From Pavona decussata (Eukaryota): a stretch of DNA of 64,000 nucleotides. The notes under the pieces are model-generated. The model was not told the origin of the DNA. It did not search any database and saw only the letters and a program-made list of their open reading frames with translations. Positions 1 to 12,700 of this stretch are shown here, one piece after another (positions within the stretch are counted from its first letter, which is position 1; each line of letters begins with the position of its first letter). Location of the stretch: assembly GCA_977016875.1 (NCBI GenBank), contig CDRNST010000015.1, forward strand, positions 3,038,001 to 3,102,000, read 5' to 3'. The position numbers and the translations under genes were made by a program.

Positions 1-81
1 CTGTTTTCACTAGGTCATAAGCTCTACGCTTCTGATTATGACTGCGACTCCGACTCCGTCGCTAGTGAAAACCAGCCTTAA

Positions 82-472
82 AGGGACAGTATCACGCTAT
101 TTTTAGTAACACATTGGAAATGGAAAAAACTCTATTTGGTTGATAGCAGCCAAGATATAATGAACAAAATTCCATTAAAAGACTATCAGAATGCAAAGAA
201 ACTATCCATGGATATTTTCGCCGGCAGATGACCAAAATAAAAATGGGTTCAAATTTGAAAATCTTGGGCCGACACTTTCAATTTTCGCTGCCGTAACGCA
301 CTGAAAATCGGTTGTACCATATTTTGGTTTAACCTTTCGTCTCAGTAGTCTGTGGAATCACTATAAATCTTTCTCTAAATTAGCGATTTAGAAATTAATT
401 AACACAGTGTTCAAAGTTTAAATTTAGTGAATTTTTGCCCAAAATCATGATATCTCCCATGATACTGCCCCT
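82..472. mobile_element. Degenerate non-autonomous Kolobok-like element, adjacent to the end of a Harbinger-like MITE (1-77)
   Basis: TTAA|agggacagtatcacg ... catgatactgcccct imperfect TIR; the right TSD is degraded. Confidence 0.45.
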
Positions 473-652
473 ACAAAGTTAACATTTTTAAACATCCAAA
501 CATTGACCAACAATAATTATTGCCACAACATTAACTCCCAAAGCTTGCGAGTTGTGGCTTCCATTATGAAGGTTATAGAAATATGAAGACTGGCTAGTAA
601 AAAGTTTGTGCCGTTTCTAATGGATAAAAATTCCCCAGACAGTTTTACTTAC

Positions 653-713
653 GAAACATGTTCCAATCTGATCCAGTCTCCATGCTTAAGATATTCCAAG
701 GGTTGTTCATCAT
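653..713 (-). CDS. POMT2: POMT2 exon 12 ([20 protein letters not shown])
   Basis: tag|...|gtaagt, 61 nt, phase 1-2; the next exon lies outside the window. Confidence 0.9.
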
Positions 714-3700
714 CTAGAAAATTCAAAGGAATATTTGACATTTTTAATTTTCATTCAAATGGATATGTTGGTTGTCAATGAAAGACCGGATGAACCTTGA
801 TAAAAAAAATTATAAAAATTTATAATAATAAAACTTTTAAAACCATATCTGTTACTGTTCCAGTAACTGTTAGGGTAATCAAATGAACTGAAGCAAGTAA
901 TGTTTATAAAGAATTTACTTTACCTAGGTTATTCCCTCAGGGAAAAGTTTATCTGTGGAAGACTTTTACAATAACATTAGGAGTGCTTTAATTTTGCTTG
1001 TTTGTTTCTTTCAGTTTATTACCCTACACATGACTGTAAAAATTGAAAATGCTTGGTTTTAAAAAGTTTTAGGATTGTTGTTTAAATTAATATACACCTA
1101 AACTTTAAATAAATTAGACTTTATCAGAGCTGTTATAATTATTATCACTTTAACTTGCAAACTTTGGAAGGAAGTAGTTAAATCGAGAACATAAGAGAGA
1201 AGAGAAGAGAAAACAAGCAAGATCGATCAGGTATATACTTACTGTAATCTTCATAGGCTTTTTTTATCATCCATTTGTTATTATCATCTTTGTGAGAGTA
1301 GCAAGTTACCTAAAAGATTAGTTTCCATTGATTTAAAAAACATTCATTTGATGGTATATGGTGCAAATTCCATTATTTAGTATTACTGCGCCTTTCAATA
1401 ACACGATTCATTGTTAAGATTCAGCCAACTGTTACGCATTTCACTGCTGTCAAAAGAAAGGTCATGTTTGTGCAATGCGTCTGGCAGATTTTTGTCCACT
1501 TTCTTGTCGGTTTCTCTATTCTTGTGGTCAGCCAGTTATTGCCATAGTGATAATTGACAGCAGTAAAACACACAGTCAAATCATTAGTTGGGGTTGAATT
1601 TCAGAGTCTACAGGTATGTTATTGAAAGGTGCAGTAAACCATTTATATCTCCAGGTTTAAAATAATACCATTACACTTCTTCTAATGTACATAGGCCACT
1701 CATCAAGATTCATATCCTAGGTAGCAGTATGCAGGATTTTTACTGACTTAATAAAGATTAGATTAGATGTAGAATGATGTAGATGTTTGTCATATGAACC
1801 AAGTTTAATGGTCTAGCTCCCACAAGTCCCCTATAGCTCAGTGGTCAAGCATCTGGACTAGGTAATGGTAGGTCATGGGTTTGACTCGTGCAAGGAACAA
1901 TTGAATTTTTCTTCCAAGTATGCCTGCATCACTGAATGATAAAAGAAGCAATGATCAGAACTGAGACACACTGGTGTTGAGCATGCCGAGCAGGATCTGA
2001 GCAGAATTTATATGAGTCTCTGTCATCCTTATCAACTTAGTCCCAAATATCATGATGCACAATTCTGATCTCCTCATTATTCTCATTTAAGTTATTAATT
2101 TTCTTATTGCACTAGTAAGGAGAATTCATTTGAAAATCAAGAGATTTTAACCAACCGCATTGCAAATAATATTATTGGCTATGTATGTATGCTATATTTT
2201 TAGAGGTTACTTTACTTTTTCTTTCAGTTCATTTTGAAGCCATCCATTGTGATTGAAAACTGGTAACTGTTAAGTAGAGGATCGTCTTCGAAAAGCTCTG
2301 GTGATCAGATTTTGCTAAGATCTCCAGCCATTATATGAATCTAGGTAACACTTACAAAACTCATGTAAAGGTGATGGCAAATAAAGAAAAAAATCAGATT
2401 TTATATGGTGATGAACTTCTTTGCTCTCATGACCTGACTGTCTGATCAATATTGTAATGAGAAAATAGATTCCAGTCACTAGTAGGGCTTAACAGGATAA
2501 GCAACTGTGCCATCAGTGCCAAATAGGGGGACACATGTACAAGAGCCTGAGATGATTGTAATGATCACAGAGACATTCTCCTTACCTGCTGTTGCTCAGG
2601 GGGGTGTTCCTTGGGGTACAGATGTGAGTGCGAGTGCAAGAGTGCTCCTCCAGCTCTGTGGTTCTTTAGCGTCACTACTGAGCCAAAAGCCAAGTCTAGG
2701 GAAATAAACATTTCAAACAGAAAATATTGAAATAGATGTATTTACTAAGTTTCTCAGTGTCAGATTTTATTATTGAAGTAGACAGCTGCCTGAGAAGGAT
2801 TTAAGTGAAAATAAAGAAAATACACAGCTACTTTAGTTAAAACAGCAGGCTGAGCCTGGCTAGTAAAATGAGAAACTGATTATTAATAAGTGCTTATGAC
2901 AGACTTTTAAACGAAGGCATGGGGCATACATGTAACAGTCAGCAATAAAGTTGCAAGACACAGACTTTGAGGCAGTGATGCCGATGGTTATTGAAAGATA
3001 AAATAAACAACTAATTAATAAGCAATTTATTAATGATGGAGTGAGTTTAGGGTGAAGTGCTTTGTTTCAAGATCAGAAAAATCTTGGCCAAGGATATGAC
3101 TAAATTGGACATTCTGTTTAAATGTTAATTATTTGAAAGTTAGAGTGACTTTCCTGTTTGGATACAAACCTGCAGGCACAACATTCTTGTAGAGAGCATT
3201 TCCTTTCAGTGTTGACTGAAAAGCTGAACTGAAAAATCCATCTCCTGGGCCACTGAGACAATTAAACAATGAAAATAAGATTCCCTAACTTGTGCTTAAG
3301 ACAACTGTTTACAAGTTACAGTTGAATAATAGTTGAATTGTAATTAAATTACACTTGGAAAGCCTGTTACAGCAACTTTGTCAACTCCTAAAAACATGTT
3401 TGTGAAAAGATATTGTTCATATTCTACAACTACAACTTCTATCCAGATCATTGCAGATAATTTTTCCTCCAATTTTCCTCAATTTTCCTCCTTACACATA
3501 CTTAAAATAAAAGGTTCATTTGACATATTATAAATTTATTGTAATAATTATCACACAGAATTAAGAACCTTTATTTAATGCATGCACTGTGTCAAAATTC
3601 AAATCATTTTGTGTTCAACGTATCCTGAATTGCACAATGAATGCAATCAACTGTCAATTATGGAACCAAAAAATAATGCAGATTTCAAAGAGTGATTTCA

Positions 3701-6700
3701 ATGGCTGTAGATATCACACACAATTTCATGTAATGATGCCATTGTTTGCTCATGCAAGTTTCAATAATTTATGGTTGTTAGAAAAGGACTTTAAAGTAAG
3801 TAATAGTTACACCCGATTATTAAATTATGTTAACTTTGAGGTTTACTTACGTGTTTGGCAGCAGCCGGAAGTGAATGGCAAACCAGAAGAGATAGACAAA
3901 GATGGGTACCATGATCAAACACAGCACACGAGCCATGAACTGCTTACCAACCTCAAACTAAGACAGAAAGCAAATGAGATGATTACTGCTGTCAGTCAAA
4001 TTAATACCCTGGGAAGAGCTTCAGGAGGTTTCTGCTAATGGGAGTTAAAGAAGTATTAATGTGTACACTGTATGGCTGGAAAGACTGGGTGTCTTTTCAG
4101 ACAGGTGTCCACAGTCTTCTGGGAGATTAAAAAATACTGTTATCTGCTTCAGGAGACTTAAAGTGTATATGAAATAAAAAACAAGTTTGACTTATGTGTT
4201 TGTTTATATCCTCATTAATCGAAATATCCGGTTTTAAACTAACTAAAGCTCTTTTATGGGGTATTTTTCTTGCCTCAAAGTTCGAAATTGGCGCTTCGAA
4301 GTGTCTCCATCTTGCGCTCGGTCAAAGCGATCAGATTTCACCGGATATGACGTAGCCAGTGGTTCAGAAAGCACAAAAGCACATTCGAAAGCACCAGTAT
4401 TCAGAAAGCACGAAAGCACATTCGAAAGCACCAGTATTCAGAAAGCACGAAAGCACGTTCGAAAGCACGAGTATTATGGCCGTGAAGAAGGCAAAGAAAG
4501 GGGGAAAGAACTATTGCTCGGCCGGTGGCCCCAGTGGAATAAACTGCGATAACAAGACAGGGACACCGAACATCACAATGCATTACTTTCCGTCGGATGA
4601 GAAGTTTAATACGTGCAAAGTGGACACGTTTTGTGCGCATTCATCGGAAAGATTTCGTCCCGAAGAAGTCCTCATGTTTGTGTTCGGCTCATTTCGATGA
4701 GAGCTGTTTTATAAACGGTGTTAAAAGGAAAGAAGATAGGCCTGTGCGACTCCCACTCGCGTGTTTTTAGCCATGTTCAGTTATAGTTTTGCTATAACGA
4801 GTCTTTCAGCCGGGGAAAGCCCTCTCTTGTATGAGCGGTGCTCCCTGTAAATTTTCTTTCAGCGCTGTATTTTCGTCTTAGTAAATACCATTTATGGTTT
4901 AGAGGATTTGCGTGATATTCACTGAACAAAGCCATGTGATGTTTTGGATTTTGATCTCAAAGGTCATTTCTGGGTTTTTTTGTTCTATCTATTTGACCTA
5001 TTGTTGTTTCTGTTTAGCGACTGTCGTTCTTATACCGTTTGTGGCAATTGGTTCAGGCTTCGTATGGCTCATTTCATTGTGTCTTGCGACAGTATAGCCT
5101 CTCTTTTTATCTTTGTAAGGATAGGATTTGAACCGTGTAATAATCATTATCTTGGAGCTTTTGTATTGCCGGGCCCGGCTATTTGCTTTTGTGGCAAGAC
5201 GTTGAGTTACTTATCTGACTTATGACGGTTATTTGTCTCTTGATACTTTCTTTAGCACTGTAGCTTTGAAAAGCTGTAAAATGCGTTCATTTGAGTACTA
5301 GAGGCCGCTTTAGTTCAGTACGGCTGTGTCTTTTGTTTTCGCTCTGCTCAGCTCCGCTCTGTAACTGTGAGGTTTATGTTGCGGGAGCTTAGTATTTTCC
5401 TCCTGTGTTTTGATTACGCCTTAGACTGATTACTGAGGCAATTCTTCTGTGTTGCTCTGGCTAGGGGCTGCTACGAGTCCTTCAGCCGTTAGTAAATTCT
5501 GTGGCATTTTAGGCAATGGTCAGGCAAGACCGCGGTTTAGATCCTTATCTTGTGGATCTCTTCAGTTGCCGATTCCTGAGAAATGATAGAGATGAGTTCT
5601 CAGTATCATTTCAAAAAAACGCGCTCTTTTCTTAGGATTTATACTCGTTGGAAGGATCGAAAATCCCTCGGGGAAAGACCATCTTGATCCTCCTCGGTGT
5701 CTTCCTCCTCATCACTACTGTGAGCAAGCGGCTCACCTGCGTAGGGTTCCACATGTCAGACTACTTCCATTTCATCGGATGACTCGGTGCTGTTGGATGT
5801 TTCTTGGCTCGAAACGGACTCAGCAGAAGATAGCGTACCATCACTTTCAGACATATTTTCAAAAGCTGTATAGCACCCACTTTATCGTGGTCTGAACTGA
5901 GCATTCAAAGATATTTTCGAGCGCGCAAAGATATTTTCGAGCACACGATAGCAGAAAACAAAGCGTAAACAGAGCTCTGAAACCACTGGCTACGTCATCA
6001 GAGCTAAACTTGTTACCAGTCTCCGGAGACACCACATTGGGCATTTTAAGTCACTTTGAACAGCCAAAACACGGTTTTTTCCTCTTTAGCACTATTCTTT
6101 TTTGTGCGTTTCGGAATAAGGGTATAACCACCTACCAATTCATGAAAAAAAAATTTTTAGTTCATGTGCACTTTAAATATCAGCTTACAGAAGGCAAAAA
6201 TAAAGTGTTAAACTTTGTGTTTTGCTGAGATGGTGACTGAGTGTATAGTTAGAATATTACCGTCCGTTGCATCTAAGCGTGTACACGGGAGGAAAAAACA
6301 TGTTCTAATTGGGTGCAAATGTTGTAGGTTAAAATGAATCCAGATTAAAATGATTTCAACCTAGGTTGATTTGTATTTTCCTTTGTTAAGGTTGGGTTAT
6401 TAACATCTTAAACAAAGGAAAATACAAATCAACCTAGGTTGAAATCATTTTAACCTGGGATTCATTTTAACCTACAACACAAACATGACATGTTTTGGCG
6501 CCAAACATTAGAAGTTTGGAGTAAACAGCTGTTGTCAGCTTGATTTGTTTTCGCTCAACAAAATATTCTTTGCAAGCATTTTTAGATGTAAAGAATACTT
6601 TCTGGAGGCAAGTGTGCTGTTTCTGAGCGAGAAATATGCCTGCAAGTTGAGAAAATGAAATAAGCTTATGAATGGAATGTGCTGATCTGGCGCGACAGTT

Positions 6701-9700
6701 TGCTTAATGGCTGTCAAACTTCAAATACATGTTTGGTGGTAAAACACATCATGTCTGGCACCCTATCTGAACATGTTTTTTTGTCTTATGTCCACGCTTA
6801 GATGCAACCGATGGTATTAAGATGCCTAACCCATGTCAGAAGCTGTCCATTGGGAGAGATTCAACTATACTTTACATGTATTTTTAATAATTATCTAGCT
6901 GATTTCTTTAAAATAGGCCTGCCTGAGTCATGCTTCTTTGAGAGTGTGGTACAAATCTTTCTTTGTCTGGTAGCAAAAAAAAATTATGATAAAAGTGATG
7001 ACAGTTTCCTATTACTGATTTCATTTCTTCAAACATAATATAGTGTGATTAAATTAGTGACAGGTGTGAGTTTAATTATAATTTAATTAATGTCAAACAG
7101 AAGATAACCAACCAGTGAAAGAGTAAGATCTCCTAGAATGTCCCATAAGTTCATGACTGTGGTGATACCAGCCCAAAGGATCACAAACAGACCAACCCAC
7201 TTGCAGCTAATGGAGAGGAGATTCACAATCACACCATTAGTAATATTCTTTATGTCTTATCAAGGCTTACCATTAACTCCGGAATGACACAACAGATACA
7301 CTAACTCTGATCTGGGACTCTAATGTTCACTTTAACACAATTTTATCTTCTGTGAATGTCGCAGCATCTACATGAAGGGGCCACTGACTCACAGTGCCCA
7401 TCCGCTTGGAGGGACAATGTACCTCACCAAAGTGCAGGGGATGGGGTAAGCTCCAGTTTGAACACTGCTGGTAAGAGTTGGATGGTTTCTGAGGCCTCTA
7501 GGGGCATGTGAAGCTCCTTGATAATACAAACTAACACAGCAACACATCCCAGGATGGTCCTCAAGAACTTGTCACATTCATAATGGTCAGATTATTGGTG
7601 CTTCAAGACTACACAAGGGTGACTTTGTGATCTGAATTTGGCTTTCATTTTGAAATTTGAAAAACCAGTTTGATTTTCATTCTCCCTTGCTTCAGGTTAT
7701 ATGACTAGGAATCTTAGTTTGTAAAATGTGTTGGAGATACATGACAAATTATCACTCCTGCCTAAAAGGCACTGCAACCAGTTGAAAGCATAAGTTGCAG
7801 CAACTCTAACACCAACCTAAATGCACAAGATAAAGACATTCCTGAAGCAGTCATCCAGGCCCACCAATGAAAACTGTATGGGCTAGAGAATAAGACAATA
7901 GAGATGAAGTTAACTTCAATGGAAAAAAAAGATTGGCCAAACCTGGACTTACTTACTAGAGAAAACATAAAAACGAAATCTCTTATTATTATGCCCCCCA
8001 CCCCCCACCCCCGCAGCATTCAAATTGATAGCCTCTCGTGTGACAGTGCTATAAATTAAGATGATGGCATCAAAAATAACATAAAATTTGTGCAATAAGG
8101 GGATTTGATTCATCACTTATGTCAGAAATTGTAGGCACAATAAACATTTCAGGTGTCAGGATATCATCCCATGTTGCAGATTTCAAATTACGAAACAGTT
8201 TTGGATGTACCTCTACATGCCTTCGAAGTTTCATTGGCATAGCTTTAATACTCATGAAGATACAAAGAGGGATGCAATGTGTCTCCCCCCTCCCCCTCTC
8301 TCCACTACCACTCATATCCTGGCCCAGGCTAAACAACATAATATTATATTAAGCTATTGGAATACTTACACATTTCTGCAGTTTTGAAACTTGGTAAAAC
8401 AGTACGTTGACAACATAATATAAAACATGAGAATTGGATCCAGAAGAATGTACTGTGATATAGTTATACATCCATGATCTGAAACAAAAAATGCAAAAGT
8501 GTACTCTGAACTGAGTTTTGACAATAACCTTGTCCTAGTGAATTAGTGTGTACACGTCATAAGGAAGTTGGACCATTTATCAGCGTGAGAATGTTTCAAG
8601 ATCTCAAAGCCTATGTTTTTAAACAAAAAATACAAATACAAATGCTACCACATCAGCGTTGCTGAACTTTTAATCGTGTTTAAATAAATGCTGTTATTAC
8701 TACATGTACAACATTAATATTGACTCAACTTACCAAAAACAATAAATGCTGTGGCTAGGATAGCAGCCCCAGTGGACTTGGTGAGTTCCCACACTGTGAG
8801 ATAAGCAAGGGGCACACACAGGGCACCTAATGTTGCACAGAACTACCAACACAATAAAAGCACTGTTAATTAAGGTTACTACACACATTTGTATATATAA
8901 TAAATAAATTAACTTTGTTTAATGAGGGTGACACTTAGCAGTCTGTTACGACTGACAAACCTGTGGCCCTCAGATTCCGGATCGAATTGGAATTTGGAAA
9001 TGTTGGTTTCTGAGGAGAGGGGAAAACCTGACAACCTGGAGAAAAACCTCTCAGAGCAAGGACAAGAACCAACAACAAACTCAACCCACATATGACACCA
9101 AGTCCGGGAATTGAACCCGGGCCACATTGGTGGGAGGCAAGTGCTCTCACCACTGCGCCACTCCTGCTCCCCATATCCCTATTGGTCTCACACATTTGTA
9201 ATATTCTGCTTTCTAACTGAGATACAAAAATTAATTTATTTCTGCATTATTAAATTTAATACTGACAATAATAATTCAATGTGAAATAATTTCTAGGGGC
9301 CCCAGGGAGCTCATTTGGAGAGCGGGGCTTGTTTCAGAAGGGTATTTTAAATCACAAATTTCCAAGAGAACTCAATTTAATTTTACAACATTTTTGTATG
9401 ACATGTAGAACAATGATTCACAATTGAGTTGAAGGGTACTACTGTTCTATAGCTTAATTTACAGTGTACAATTTGTCTTCCCTAATGTAGCCTGTGAGCA
9501 GGCTCCCAAGTGGGGTATGGGGCGAAGACAAAAATCGAGCTCCCTTTGGCCTATACCCCGCTTTGAAGCCTGCTCACAGGCTATCCCTAAATATAACTGA
9601 CATACCAACTTTTGGATATTTTCCACTAACAACTTATTGTCAACATGTCCTGGTTGGGTGGAAATTGAGATTTTGCATCATCTACTATTAATTTTCCTAC

Positions 9701-12700
9701 TGCTCTAGAGCATTTTCTGTATTCTGTTTCTATAACAAAGTCATTTTGACTCAACATATTTTTGCAAACTTTAATAAAGATGGATCTTCATTCAAGCATA
9801 AATAGATGTAAGTTATAAACTTACCAATCTCATTCCTACATAGCTGTGCTCTCCATACTGATCTCCAGGTTTGTCAAATGGAAACGAACCATTGTAACCA
9901 CTTAAATATCCTGCAAATGCTATTGACATCTGTTGCACAGAGAATGTAGAAAAGAGGGTTTAAAACAATAAAATAAAGGCATATGTCTTGTGGGGGTACA
10001 CAGTGTTCCAGATAACTTTCAAAATCCGAGAGTCAACGAACAATTTTTGAGGGTTCAATACAGGTGTAGCTCTGGTTCTCTCTAAATCTTCTTAAGTTTG
10101 CCATTCATTTTGTTGGGTCAGGAAGCCAGGCTTCTTGGGTTTTTGACCTGAGACCCCTCTCTTATCTGGAACACTGGTATAGGTAGTGTAGTGGTTAGCA
10201 CATTAGACTTTTCTTCAAACTTTCAATACAAGATCGGTGGGTCTGATGGTTCAAGGCTAGGCTGATCTCTGCATTACAACTGACAATGCATAGGCCAACC
10301 TACAACTGTAGCCTTGTACCGCTGGACCCTCACATTGTCCTTCTCCCCCTCCCCCTCCCCTGTTGTAAATGGTACTGGTGATAAAATGTTAGGGTAACCT
10401 TACAGTGTACAAGCCTTGAGCACCATCCAGGGAGGCTTGAAGCATGAAGCTTGGGCAGTGTCAGGGCTATCTAGGACTGAAGTGAGACTCTCACTATTAC
10501 AGGACTTCTGATAGGGTGCGGAAAAATTTTGGAAATTATGCGGCACTTTTGAGTCTCATTATGCGGCAAAAAGGTCTATTATGCGGCAAATAATGCGATT
10601 TCATTTTAGCTAATTTAAGCTTGTTTTATTAGGTCTAAGAGGAGCACAATCCATTTTTTGCTGTTCAAGAGGCAATTATATTAGAGCCAGAGAAATGAAG
10701 AAACAGCTGAAATAAATTATTTGTTGCCTCATTTCAAATTATTGAAAATCAGATATTGCTAATTTGGTCAAGTCAGCGTTTGTTGCTTCCCACCAGCATT
10801 TTTTTTCTGTGTTCCGCTTGTGTGACTCAGCTTCAAGGTCACAAACGTTCGAAGATGATCAACCACTATGTTGCACAAAGAGCAACAGACCATCGTCAAC
10901 ATGAAACGTTCCTTCAGGGTACTTTTTTGCCCTGTCTTTCACCGAAACATTTACAGGAAAGTGCGATCTTTTTCTCTCCTGCGAAGAAGTGCTTAGTGTA
11001 ACAAACTTATCCATAATGAGGATGTTTGTTTCAATAATTATTAAAACAAAATAACTACATATTGCAAGCGACTATCGAGCAGTTTACATCGTAAGTATGA
11101 AGGGATCAAATGACATCTTAACAATATATCAATGATTGTGATTGGTGTATTTACATAAAAGGATTGTTTATTCCGTGTCAATGATCACTCGCTTAATATT
11201 GAAAACCAGCACCAGGTCCCCAACATGTAAAATGAAGCATAGAACGCCTGTTTGTTCACTTGTTCAATGAACGAACGCTTCCAGGTGATTTTTGACGCCT
11301 TTTGAAAGAAAAAACTCCTTGAGATAATGTTGAATTAATAAATTATCAGAGAACTTGACATTAAGTGAGATTTTTGCTTTTTTTTTTTCTTTAATTGTGT
11401 GATTTTGTACAAATTCTGCGATTTTTCATGAATTATGCGATTTGTTGCGATTTTAGGTCAATTATGCGAAATCGCAACATCGCATAATACCAGAAGCCCT
11501 GACTATAAGGCAACTTTTTGTTTACCTTAGCTAACGGTGGGTGAACATCGAAGAAGAACTCTCCCTTAATGTACCAATTTGCATGCTTTCCAAAATGAGT
11601 TTCATCCCAACTGCAAGAAGAATACAACAGAGTTTGCACCTGTTTACCTTGGCTAATGGTGGATGAACATCAAAGAAGAACTCCCCCTTAAGGTAAAAAT
11701 TGGCATGTTTTCCAAAATGTGTCTCATCCCAGCTGCAAGTACACAACAATATTAGCACAAAAATTGCCTTCACATACATTTTCCCTTTCAGACTTACATG
11801 TATAGACTGAGTCAAATTTAAGATAAAAATTTGGCTGCTCCCAATTTCTTTCTTATTCACTTTTTGATGGGAGCCCACCCCACAATATTATATCACAAAA
11901 TCTCAATACTCAAACAATCACAGGAAAAAAACTGCTTGAGTCTACAAAAGTTCGAGTTATCAGGAGTAAAGGTTTGTTAGTTACTTTATAATTTGAAATG
12001 AAAGGCAATTTTTGCCCCCAGGATGAGTGTTGTCCAGGGATAAAAAAAGCTGTTTCATTTACGTAAATACATGTAGCTTCATCACAGGATTCCAAAACTA
12101 AGACTTTAGTTAGTAATCTTGCGCAAGATGAATTTCATCAAAAGAAGACTGCTAAATACTCTCTGTCAAAGATGAGAAAAACACAAAACATTATAAACTG
12201 GCTGAATGCTGTTTTGTTATATATACAGTGTATTTGCTGTAAACACTTTTTTCCCTTACTGATGTATTTTCCTCTCCCAAGCCTTATTTAATTAGCAGAG
12301 CTCTATAATCAGTTTTATAAATTCTACTTCCCCCCATTTTAGTAACTGCACATAGGTAGTGGCCAACACAAAAGCCTTGCTCCTTTGGCCACTATGCACT
12401 TCTTCCCTAGAAGGTAAAACTACTTAAATATAATGCTCTGCAAGTTTTTTTTCTTACCATAAAAATATATTGTATTTCGAATAAGTGTGAATAAAAATTG
12501 AATTGAATTGAATTGAATTGTGGTTCTTTGGGCTAAAATGTTAATTACTGCTCCAAATAATCATAATTGCAATTCGAAATTAAACAATGTTTAAGATTAA
12601 TATTATTGAAAGTTTTATCCCTAGCAGGGAGACTACATGGACTTGTTTGTCGCATTTCATCCTAGGATAGGGCTAAAATGTTAATTACTGCTCCAAATAA

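Larger units (their letters stand above)
4162..6172 (+). mobile_element. Internally deleted Kolobok DNA transposon in the POMT2 exon 7-8 intron
   Basis: TTAA TSD (4158-4161, 6173-6176); TIR agtgtatatgaaataaaaa / agtgcacatgaactaaaaa; frameshifted THAP domain on + and a convergent acidic ORF remnant on -. Confidence 0.8.

Noticed and set aside
1830-1900. Possible tRNA gene
   Set aside because: A/B-box remnants only, with no complete acceptor or anticodon stems; embedded in a repeat. The same applies to 9100-9172, 10180-10260 and 63370-63430.
2228-2345. Exon-like stretch in the POMT2 exon 10-11 intron
   Set aside because: Flanking exons already join in frame (QQQ|VTCY). Inclusion gives an early stop, and I found no convincing donor.
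3589-4038. 149-aa plus-strand ORF and similar shadow ORFs (15076-15324, 20596-20844, 36140-36625, 47716-48255, 55079-55683)
   Set aside because: Antisense or alternative-frame shadows of real coding exons.
4363-4475. 37-bp direct repeats resembling a CRISPR array
   Set aside because: The units are contiguous with no unique spacers and lie in a eukaryotic transposon leader, so this is a minisatellite.
11526-11732. Exon duplication as a haplotype or assembly artefact
   Set aside because: About 15% divergence that is mostly synonymous, intact splice sites and diverged intronic parts argue for an old real duplication. Long reads are still needed for proof.
11433-11878. ORF-track proteins 11433-11639 and 11531-11878 as independent genes
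   Set aside because: They are POMT2 exons 2b and 2a read into intron sequence.
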